Assembly (NCBI GenBank): GCA_965207545.1
Contig: CBDBMS010000003.1
Location: 285,411 to 349,410 of the forward strand
DNA: 64,000 nucleotides
Source of the DNA: Gammaproteobacteria bacterium
GTDB taxonomy: Bacteria > Pseudomonadota > Gammaproteobacteria > Tethybacterales > CBDBMS01
Direction of reading: 5' to 3'
Shown here: piece after piece, positions 49,901 to 57,260 of the stretch
How the letters are laid out: each line of letters opens with the position of its first letter
Position numbering within the stretch: position 1 is the first letter of the stretch
Program-made: the position numbers and the translations under genes
The notes under the pieces: generated by a model
The model's database searches: none
What the model saw: the letters and a program-made list of their open reading frames with translations, nothing else
What the model was told of the DNA's origin: nothing

Positions 49901-52900
49901 ACACTGTGCGCGCTGACTGTGGCGTCGACTTCGTTACCGAGCGGAACCTATGAGACGGATGTTACGGTTGATCTGACAAGCGTTCAGGAGTTGGTGTCAG
50001 CGGGTACGCCAACGCTTACGATTCTCTGGGAAGCCCATCCGGTGCTTCTGACGCGTCCTATTCCCAACACCAACCCCTATCTCTCTTTCCTGCCGGACAC
50101 AGCATCGTTTCCCGCGGCTGTGAATCCGGAGAACCGACCCTTCGGTCTTGTGACCATGGACTATGGAAACTTGGCAGGCAACCGGGACATTACGCTAAGT
50201 GCAACCGGTTTGCCGGCGCTGGCGGCGCTGACGCTAGAGGAGGGAGTACTGACGCCTTTGACTTGCCGGATCACTGCCGGGACGCCTTGCACTGTCAGTG
50301 TCGCGAACGATCTTGGCGCTGTCGTGTTTATGGGCTCGATCGAGAACGCCCATGTGCTTTCCGCCGGAGACACAGTGACAGTTCAATGGAACGGCAATGA
50401 CGTTCTGGAAGTGGAGGCTCTCCCGGCTCAGCCGCTCAATGTTGTGGGAAGTCCCGCCACGGTTCGCTATGCGCCAACACCGCCTGGCCGCGGAATTCTG
50501 CAGGCGTTCGAGAGAGTGACCGTCGATTACTCCCCTGTCGACCCTGCGCTGACGTCCATCACGTTGGCAATCACCGCAAGCGGTTTGCAGACCGGCAACT
50601 CGCTTTCCGGCGATCCGATGCTCCCGGGTCAGAATGTCCAGTTCACCCCGGCAGCCAGTGTGCAGCCTGTCACATTGACGACCACCACTCCCGGCGATTT
50701 TACGTTCAGCCTAAACCTGACGCTTGCACCGAACCGTTTGGAGACAGGTTCGACAATGGCGCTGTCGGCGGAAGGCCTCCCGTTTCTCTCGATTCAACCG
50801 GCGACGCTAGGTTTCATGCCGGCGTCAGTAGGCTACGTCAACGCACCTGGAGGAATGAGGTCTCTTTTCGATGTCAACCTGATCTACAGCGGCAACGTCA
50901 GCGCAGCCGTGGCCAATGTGTTCCTGGAGCATGAGGGCTTTGATTTTCCTCAGGCTTCAGACCGGTTCCTGCTCTCGCTGAACACGACTCCTCCGGAGAC
51001 GTGCGACCTGCACAGGAATGCACCTGCGACATGTGACTGGACTTTCCCGCTGACAGGCGGCATGGCCAACATTCCAGTCGACGTCAGCCAATTCAGCGAC
51101 ATTGGGGGCGGTACCGCGTATCTGAAGTACCGCGGGGTAACCGTGCTTACCTTTATGCCTGCCATGCCAACGCTCAGTATTTCCCCAAACATGGCAACAT
51201 TTGATTCACTATTGGATGGTGCTCAACCAGCCATAGCAAGATTTTCCTATAGCCAGGGCCATCCAGGCGCGTTAGCTACGGACGTCACATTGACAGTAAG
51301 CGGGATAAGAGCCGGGAATTCTCATGTTCTACAGGCTACCGGCATCAACTGTTTTTTGGGCGCTGACGGTGAATGCGCATTCAGTTTTACGACTGGGTCC
51401 GACGGGACATACAATCTTGATCCCTTCGCCGTGACGCAATTTGATCGTGACTCTCAAGGTCCCCACCCGATTACAGTCAGCTGGAACGGCCAGGAGATTT
51501 TTGTGTGGACACCCATCCCGCCGTCGATCTCTGCCAATCCCGACAGATTTCAATTTAGGGCGGGTACGTCAGGGAACAACAGCGATCGTGTTAGCCCTCC
51601 TGTCACAGTCACGTATTCTTCACGCGATGTTAACTTATCAGAGGCCGTTCTCACCGTCACTGCATCCGGCCTTGCGAGCGGAGCCACCATCGCGATGGAC
51701 TTGGACATCATGCCGGCACAGTCATGCAGTTTCACTCGCGTTGCGGCCGAATGTGTTGTCACCTTGGAGAGTCCGTCGTCGACTGGGGAGTTCGAGCAGG
51801 AGTTGAGGACCACACTGGAGAACCCTGTTGCCCAGGGAGACGCCAATATGACGCTCTCAACGATAGACACCGACTTCTACATATTGGCACCCGCCTCTGT
51901 GACGCTCGGCTTTGCCCCCAACAGTGGACTGTTTGATCAACTGGGTATTGGGAGGCGCGACCACAGACCGGCATTTTCCTATAGCCAGGGTCTTCCAGGT
52001 GCGTCAAATACGACCGTCACATTGACAGTGAGCGGGCTGATGGGCACAGGTAATGGCTTAAATATGGACGTTGGTACCAATAGTTGCTCCCTGGGCCAGC
52101 TGATTGGCACTTTTGAGTGTGAACTCACTTTCACAACTCAAGCTGACGGGACGTTCAGTGCGAGCAGCCTGCTTAGGCTTCTCAGAGTTCAAGATCAAGA
52201 TGGCAACCCGGTCACAATCAGCTGGGACGGCCAGGAGGTTTTCGTGTTCGAACCGACACCGCCGTCGATCTCTGCCAGTCCCGACAGCTCTGCGTTTACG
52301 CCGACAGCCACTCCTCAGGTTTTCCGTTCCGTGCTCTCTTACGCTTCGCGTGACACCGGCTTGTCAAGAGCCACGATTACTGTCACTGCATCCGGCTTGC
52401 AGACTAACGTCACGGTTAGGTCGCGCTTCGACACCTCTCCAAGGCGAACATGCGACTTCACCACTGTTGCATCCCAATGCGTTCTCACATTGAGCGGACC
52501 GGATAGCTCCGGAACCTTCGATCATGAGATGACGGTCACATTGAGAAATCCTGATGACCAAGGCCAGTCCAATGTGACGCTCTCATGGGAAGACAATGAC
52601 TTCTACACCCTTTCGGTTCCAATGTCGTTGCTTAGCTTTACTCCCCGCGGGTTGTTGTTCCCCTTCAACGTAGAAGCTGTCAGAATTGCTGGTTTCTACA
52701 ACCAGAGACCTCCTGCATTTAGCTACTACACATCCAGTGGTGCAGGAACTTATGATGTCACGCTGGCCGAAAGCGGATTACAAACCGGCAACCAAATTTT
52801 CTTAAATTTGGACAGGTTCGGCGTTGATGAGTGCTCTCTAGTCGAAGATGGTACCTGCTCGTTCGCCGTTACCGTTGGTGCCAACAATTTTGCTAGCTTC

Positions 52901-53809
52901 GACTCAATAAGCTTTAGGACAGCCAGCTTTGCCGATCAGACCAATACGGTCACTATAAGTTGGGACAGCACTCCCGTCTTGATAGTTACACCGCCATCGC
53001 CAGGTTCAAATGCCGACTTCGGTTTTGATGCGACTGCTGCGTCTTTCAGGCAGGGCGCCAATCTTCTCGATGTGGCTGACAGGATCATCACGGTTGGCTT
53101 TGATTACGATTATGACAACCCAGCCCAGCCAGGCGGCTTTATGGGTCGAATACCCGCTCCCTTACTCACACTCACTGTCACCGGTTTGCAGACTCAAGTG
53201 AGCTTGGACACCAGCATACGCGGCAGCCAGTGCTCGTGGACTACCAACGGCTTGGGATGTGTTTATAACATGAGTGACTCGGGAACTGAGGGCATGTTCA
53301 GCGACACGTTGCTTATGACCTTGAAAATGGCGGGGAGACAGGGGACAAGTGCGATCACGCTTCAATGGACTCATCCCGTCTCGGGAACGAGCGCCGACGT
53401 GCTTACACTGACTCCGGCTGCACCGGCGGAGAGCTTGCGGTTCGATCCGATGACGGTTACATACACGCCTTCCTCTGGAACAACACCGGCATCTCTAGGT
53501 GATGTGACCCTCAACTACAACTCCGCCTCCGATTCGGCGGTCAGACAGTTTGTCACAATCACCTGGAACGCCTCTAATATGTCTTCGATTGACGAGATCG
53601 AGTTTCGTAACAGGTACATAGGCGTTAACCAGACGGCAACGCTCAGTCCCACGGAGACGACCGCTACGGTCGGTGTTGAAGGCAACTACGGCATTCTCTC
53701 ATCTGCCGTTACCATTTACGCAACGGATCCAAGTTCCCTTGGATCCGAGACGGTTGAAATCGACTGGGAGGGCGATACCGTTCTTGAGATTGAGGCGGCA
53801 ACACCATGA
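46964..53809 (+). CDS. giant (2281 aa) type IV prepilin-like protein with a long repeat-containing C-terminal extension
   Basis: Likely start ATG at 46979 (ATGA overlap with the upstream stop). ...RTRAGG|FTIVEMAIVLVVLGLLLSS has Gly-1, Phe+1 and Glu+5. GRPYLPCPDIDGDGLEDR and WGRLYIYRV motifs. The C-terminal third contains ~245-aa degenerate internal repeats and is AT-richer. Confidence 0.65.
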   Translation: MGALAMRDCVSRFSRSFRTGRKGADCPGFRTRAGGFTIVEMAIVLVVLGLLLSSALTPLRHRWENGKYEDERERIEQRRQALVAYATQNRTEERTVVLEDLGWSYTIPAGRPYLPCPDIDGDGLEDRLATSGLPDSGTAITLESASNFRGIAAAGGCQHYQGLFPWGSVGTEANDTWGRLYIYRVHPSFSNNVSGFDHLTRADVYDETSGLVVSTVTVNYAGKDLVPTSAISNDSIRFLYNTELSDQATVTVTTYQSLYESTATTTTATINGVTAVLVHDERPFGVCAPGVRAAAGATVTMSAHCPDADAVAGVALTMSTASNVVEFDPPRTGISGPLLVRAYMGSDNGADADDIPRSFKEGVVFGVVSTGQNGYGGFVRNAAGGLACGSHPVPDEPSPEVMHLSLLKNVSGHCSTLPTSYAPHYEGNLYYLPRTEPTTFEADSETSSPVGFDDVIGWMGPDEFVGKLARQDVFPVEMYPYIGLPLDSTTVAMSVAPALGVDYTGAPGSSVTIDPARDASGSARFVGRTDPPLPLSDGTTISLTVQVDQEDGNTTQVPFRFDTEDVTLTLEATGAPCVDDMDTPLPEITGGDSCLISVTGRVPADILLSVTGVTVDDFVNAAATIQMVPFIGTSPTVSLAHPSVAILTPNSAAGSIVFAPSDVFYTPAVAPGLEMLATLQALYIPEADGVPQTLTLEAASIPAGVTLTLGGVPSCISVGVNMCEYRFGGMTTEFDATLSAQDLTTAASFSVTVAGGGAVLTIRTRTAPFVDEFRVLGGSAATTYFRTGAPVLKRFALKGGGLQPLERLTVTVSISSNRMTSSEKFINTDISVATPEAECYDNVMVPPVQATMVGHGDHCVFELTGSNEARFLLRLNELRPELITLTTTPTGLELALRETTSTAPGVYFDPRVLPYITATPTPGATRLAGATLHVSTGTGAAPSSDFVFTLTSAPPSPIVLAAAFAAGVTPSTCSFSGGTTLCALTVASTSLPSGTYETDVTVDLTSVQELVSAGTPTLTILWEAHPVLLTRPIPNTNPYLSFLPDTASFPAAVNPENRPFGLVTMDYGNLAGNRDITLSATGLPALAALTLEEGVLTPLTCRITAGTPCTVSVANDLGAVVFMGSIENAHVLSAGDTVTVQWNGNDVLEVEALPAQPLNVVGSPATVRYAPTPPGRGILQAFERVTVDYSPVDPALTSITLAITASGLQTGNSLSGDPMLPGQNVQFTPAASVQPVTLTTTTPGDFTFSLNLTLAPNRLETGSTMALSAEGLPFLSIQPATLGFMPASVGYVNAPGGMRSLFDVNLIYSGNVSAAVANVFLEHEGFDFPQASDRFLLSLNTTPPETCDLHRNAPATCDWTFPLTGGMANIPVDVSQFSDIGGGTAYLKYRGVTVLTFMPAMPTLSISPNMATFDSLLDGAQPAIARFSYSQGHPGALATDVTLTVSGIRAGNSHVLQATGINCFLGADGECAFSFTTGSDGTYNLDPFAVTQFDRDSQGPHPITVSWNGQEIFVWTPIPPSISANPDRFQFRAGTSGNNSDRVSPPVTVTYSSRDVNLSEAVLTVTASGLASGATIAMDLDIMPAQSCSFTRVAAECVVTLESPSSTGEFEQELRTTLENPVAQGDANMTLSTIDTDFYILAPASVTLGFAPNSGLFDQLGIGRRDHRPAFSYSQGLPGASNTTVTLTVSGLMGTGNGLNMDVGTNSCSLGQLIGTFECELTFTTQADGTFSASSLLRLLRVQDQDGNPVTISWDGQEVFVFEPTPPSISASPDSSAFTPTATPQVFRSVLSYASRDTGLSRATITVTASGLQTNVTVRSRFDTSPRRTCDFTTVASQCVLTLSGPDSSGTFDHEMTVTLRNPDDQGQSNVTLSWEDNDFYTLSVPMSLLSFTPRGLLFPFNVEAVRIAGFYNQRPPAFSYYTSSGAGTYDVTLAESGLQTGNQIFLNLDRFGVDECSLVEDGTCSFAVTVGANNFASFDSISFRTASFADQTNTVTISWDSTPVLIVTPPSPGSNADFGFDATAASFRQGANLLDVADRIITVGFDYDYDNPAQPGGFMGRIPAPLLTLTVTGLQTQVSLDTSIRGSQCSWTTNGLGCVYNMSDSGTEGMFSDTLLMTLKMAGRQGTSAITLQWTHPVSGTSADVLTLTPAAPAESLRFDPMTVTYTPSSGTTPASLGDVTLNYNSASDSAVRQFVTITWNASNMSSIDEIEFRNRYIGVNQTATLSPTETTATVGVEGNYGILSSAVTIYATDPSSLGSETVEIDWEGDTVLEIEAATP

Positions 53810-55248
53810 TGAAGCGGGCCACATCACCGGCAACAGGTTCAGGTGCGGGCAGTCGCAGCGCCTTTGGTTTCTTCCGGATCGGTCTTGGTCCGTCGAGTTC
53901 CCATACTGTGGGTCCGATGCGTGCGGCCCGTGACTTCTGTGTTGATCTGCGTGACAAGGGCGTTCTGGAGAGCGTATCGCGCGTCCAGGCGTTTCTGCAT
54001 GGTTCGCTGGCGGCGACCGGAGTGGGACATGGCACCGATCGCGCCGTAGTTCTCGGCCTCTCAGGCGAAGTCCCCGAGGAAGTTGATCCGGTTGCGGCGG
54101 TGGAACTCGTGGAATCGGTTCGTGCACAAGGGAGAATCAGGCTTCTTGGTGTCCATGAGGTCGAGTTTGACATGTCGAAAGACATTGTCATGATCCGCCG
54201 TCCGTTGCCAACCCATCCGAACGGAATGGTTTTCGAGGCGGCGGATGCCTCTGACAGGAAATTGGGCAAGGCTGAACGCTATTCGGTTGGCGGCGGGTTT
54301 GTTACTGGTCCTGAAGATTCCGCCGGAGAGGAACAGGAAAACGTTGAATATCCATATCCTTTTGGCACCGGTGTGGAGCTTCTTGCAATGTGTGCACGGA
54401 AGGGCCTATCGGTGTCGGAGCTGATGATGGCGAATGAATGTGCACAAGGACTCGATGAGAGCGAAGTCCGTGCAGGACTGCTTGCCGTCTGGAATGCGAT
54501 GGTTGCTTGCATAGATGCGGGTTGTTCGAACAGTGGGATCCTTCCGGGTGGTCTTAGGGTGCGTCGCCGCGCACCGGATCTGTATGCGCAGCTGAAGACG
54601 GAGCACGGCTCGAACACCGACGACCTGCATATCTTGGACTGGGTTAACCTCTATGCGTTGGCGGTGAACGAAGAGAATGCGGCTGGCGGCCGCGTGGTGA
54701 CCGCACCGACAAATGGTGCGGCTGGGGTGGTTCCAGCGGTGTTGCGCTACTTTTCGGACTTTCGCGTTGCTAGGGCAGGACGTTGCATGGAGGACGAAAT
54801 AGTGTCGTTTCTGCTTGCTGCCGCGGCGGTGTGCGTCCTGTTCAAGCGCAATGCATCAATATCAGGAGCCGAGGTCGGATGCCAGGGCGAGATTGGTTCG
54901 GCATGTGCAATGGCTGCTGCGGGTTTGACGGAGGTTTCCGGCGGCACGCCGGAACAGGTGGAGAATGCCGCTGAAATAGGGCTTGAGCACAATCTTGGCC
55001 TAACTTGTGATCCGGTTGGAGGGCTTGTACAGATCCCGTGCATAGAGCGTAATGCTCAGGCGGCCGTCAAGGCGATCAATGCTTCCCGCATAGCGTTGCG
55101 TGGCGATGGCACACATCAGGTCTCGCTGGACCAGGTGATCAAGACAATGTGGAACACCGGACAGGACATGAAGCTTAAGTACAAGGAGACCGCTCGCGGA
55201 GGACTGGCTGCTACGGTTAAAATACCAGTGAATGTGGTTGAATGTTAG
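53806..55248 (+). CDS. sdaA: L-serine dehydratase (iron-sulfur, single-chain)
   Basis: [19 protein letters not shown]...[33 protein letters not shown]...[26 protein letters not shown]...[22 protein letters not shown] is collinear with SdaA. Start and stop both overlap the flanking prepilin-like genes. Confidence 0.88.
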   Translation: MMKRATSPATGSGAGSRSAFGFFRIGLGPSSSHTVGPMRAARDFCVDLRDKGVLESVSRVQAFLHGSLAATGVGHGTDRAVVLGLSGEVPEEVDPVAAVELVESVRAQGRIRLLGVHEVEFDMSKDIVMIRRPLPTHPNGMVFEAADASDRKLGKAERYSVGGGFVTGPEDSAGEEQENVEYPYPFGTGVELLAMCARKGLSVSELMMANECAQGLDESEVRAGLLAVWNAMVACIDAGCSNSGILPGGLRVRRRAPDLYAQLKTEHGSNTDDLHILDWVNLYALAVNEENAAGGRVVTAPTNGAAGVVPAVLRYFSDFRVARAGRCMEDEIVSFLLAAAAVCVLFKRNASISGAEVGCQGEIGSACAMAAAGLTEVSGGTPEQVENAAEIGLEHNLGLTCDPVGGLVQIPCIERNAQAAVKAINASRIALRGDGTHQVSLDQVIKTMWNTGQDMKLKYKETARGGLAATVKIPVNVVEC

Positions 55249-56780
55249 GCATGGACAGCAAAGGGAAGAATAGGCTTGGTTGCGCGGGTGTGTCTCAGCG
55301 GGGCTACTCGCTGGTCGAGTTAGCCATTGTTCTGGCAGCTTTGGGGCTGTTTCTGGGTGGTGCGACGGTGCCCCTGTTTCAGCTCTACCGTAATTCCGCC
55401 ATTGACAAGACGGAGCAGCGCTTGGCGGATGTACATGCGGCGATAGCGGGTTATGCGGTCCGCCATAGGACTCCCGGACTTAGATATGTCGTAGAGACGC
55501 AGATTACCGATGCTTCGGGCAATCGGAGGTCGGATACGCGTTCCTACTGGATTCCCGCCAATCGACCCTATCTTCCGTGCCCGGACTACAACAGCGATGG
55601 CATTGAGAACAGAGTTGATCCGATGGCGGTTATCATGAGTCAGTTGATCAATGGGCATGTTGTTGATGTCAAGCCGGTCACTCTTAATCCGGCTGCGACG
55701 TATCCCTTGCTTCAGGAGATGCAGAATGAGAAGGATTTCACCACTGCAAATGCAGGAGTGAGAATGCGGTCGCTGGCTGAATATGGCGTGTGTGCGCACC
55801 ATCCGGGACATACCAGTGATTCGTCAAACTCGCACAATGCCAATGACCGGGGAGTGTTGCCTTGGCGTACACTCGGGGTTCTGCCGACGGATCGTTGGGG
55901 TGGAAGATTCACTTATCGTGCCGATACCGTTTACGCCTCGGCGCTTACTGGCTTTGGTCACGACACTTCGATCGACAGCTATGACCCTAGGGTGCCAATG
56001 CACTATCTCCAGAACGGCGGAAATCTGCGTCTCATGTCGCTGAGAAGGCCGTCAGTGTCGAATGGAGCTGCCGTCAACGATACCTTGACTCCCAAGTCCA
56101 TGGTGCCTTCAATGGTATGTTCGGAACCAGACTATAATGATGGCGGTGGAGAACGTCTTCACGTGTGCGATCCGGTTCGTCCTAATTCTACCGGTCTGAT
56201 TACCAGAATTAACTCGTCGATCAGTAGCTCCAACACTCAGCCTGAGCATGAGCTCCTTGTGGGAAGCGTTGCCACTGCCCAAGTTGGGCATACGCAGGAA
56301 AACATACGTCCGATACCGTTTCCTCTGGATCTTCTGACCGCGAGCAACCTTCCAGGTCACACATCGGCTGTACAGGTCGGAGGTGTTGTTGAAGGTCTCC
56401 CATACGTGGTTCTTTCCCATGGTCCGAACCAGCATTTTGCTGTTAAGCACCGCGAGGCGGCAGATGCTTTTGAAACCTTGTCCTCTTCGACCAGTCAGTG
56501 GAATCCTTGTCTTGTGGGTAGAGATTCCGTCAGAAGCAACGGCAGACTTAATACAGACGCCTCGATATTCGAGGCTCATAACAGTCCTTGTCCTGTGATA
56601 TACGCATCTGGCGCCAATAGGCAATATCCAACCTATCTGTTTGTCAAAAAGCTTGGCCCAAGTTGGGATGATGATTTCGATGACATCATTGAGTGGCGAA
56701 CCAGGAGCCAGCTTTTGGCCGATCTGTCTGAAGCTGGTGTCCTACCTGCTGCGGGTCTGCCATTGCTTTTAGTGCGTTAG
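55242..56780 (+). CDS. large (512 aa) type IV prepilin-like protein (class III signal peptide)
   Basis: ...GVSQRG|YSLVELAIVLAALGLFLGG has Gly-1 and Glu+5. NRPYLPCPDYNSDGIENR and WGGRFTYRA motifs. The 3' half is AT-richer. An alternative ATG at 55251 exists. Confidence 0.65.
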   Translation: MLGMDSKGKNRLGCAGVSQRGYSLVELAIVLAALGLFLGGATVPLFQLYRNSAIDKTEQRLADVHAAIAGYAVRHRTPGLRYVVETQITDASGNRRSDTRSYWIPANRPYLPCPDYNSDGIENRVDPMAVIMSQLINGHVVDVKPVTLNPAATYPLLQEMQNEKDFTTANAGVRMRSLAEYGVCAHHPGHTSDSSNSHNANDRGVLPWRTLGVLPTDRWGGRFTYRADTVYASALTGFGHDTSIDSYDPRVPMHYLQNGGNLRLMSLRRPSVSNGAAVNDTLTPKSMVPSMVCSEPDYNDGGGERLHVCDPVRPNSTGLITRINSSISSSNTQPEHELLVGSVATAQVGHTQENIRPIPFPLDLLTASNLPGHTSAVQVGGVVEGLPYVVLSHGPNQHFAVKHREAADAFETLSSSTSQWNPCLVGRDSVRSNGRLNTDASIFEAHNSPCPVIYASGANRQYPTYLFVKKLGPSWDDDFDDIIEWRTRSQLLADLSEAGVLPAAGLPLLLVR

Positions 56781-56979
56781 TTTCTAGCCTCTAGGCTTCT
56801 GATGATTGCCAAGTCTTCTTGGAAGCGCGGCTGACCATCGGATAAGGGGTTGTGCTTGATCAAAGTGCCGAGACTAGCTCCGGATTTCAAGGTTTCGCCG
56901 AGATGATGGATTCTTTTCCCACCTGTGCCTGTTGCTTTTGTTTGCGTGATGTTTACAGGTAGAATACCCAGTTCATTCA

Positions 56980-57005
56980 CCCCCCCCCCCCCCCCCCCCC
57001 CCCCC
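56980..57005 (+). repeat. homopolymeric poly(C) tract, 26 nt
   Basis: Uninterrupted C26 in the AT-rich intergenic region. It lies ~15 nt downstream of a TAGAAT hexamer and ~255 nt upstream of the first in-frame ATG of the tandem-repeat adhesin gene. Confidence 0.85.
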
Positions 57006-57260
57006 TTATTTTTGGTCTGACCGCTCAAAGACAAGTTGGAGGGCATCCAGCAGCAGCATAGTCAGTATTAGGGGTTGCCCTATTTATGCGTTGTATGTCT
57101 CACTGGTTAATTGTGTTGTCAAGGCATCCAGTAATTCCAGTGAGATTGTTGAACCACAATGTTACTCCATGCAATTACTGCAAAAAAGAATTGGCATTAC
57201 TCACAAATTTGTGTGGAGCATTGATCCTTGCAAAAAGTGAATTTCCAATTTCATTAAACC

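Noticed and set aside
36264-56624. Dozens of 60-220-aa minus-strand and alternative-frame ORFs inside the giant genes (e.g. 36931..37521, 39490..39945, 40156..40800, 43272..43901, 43711..44328, 47588..48172, 49190..49762, 55320..55811)
   Set aside because: All lie within long, uninterrupted plus-strand ORFs with consistent composition. GC-rich DNA generates long stop-free frames on the opposite strand. None shows a recognisable protein signature.
56980-57005. Poly(C)26 as a pure sequencing or assembly artefact
   Set aside because: Not rejected outright: homopolymer artefacts are possible and this is listed as the refutation test. But a 26-nt run flanked by clean unique sequence in front of a surface-protein gene is more plausibly biological, so it is kept as a finding.
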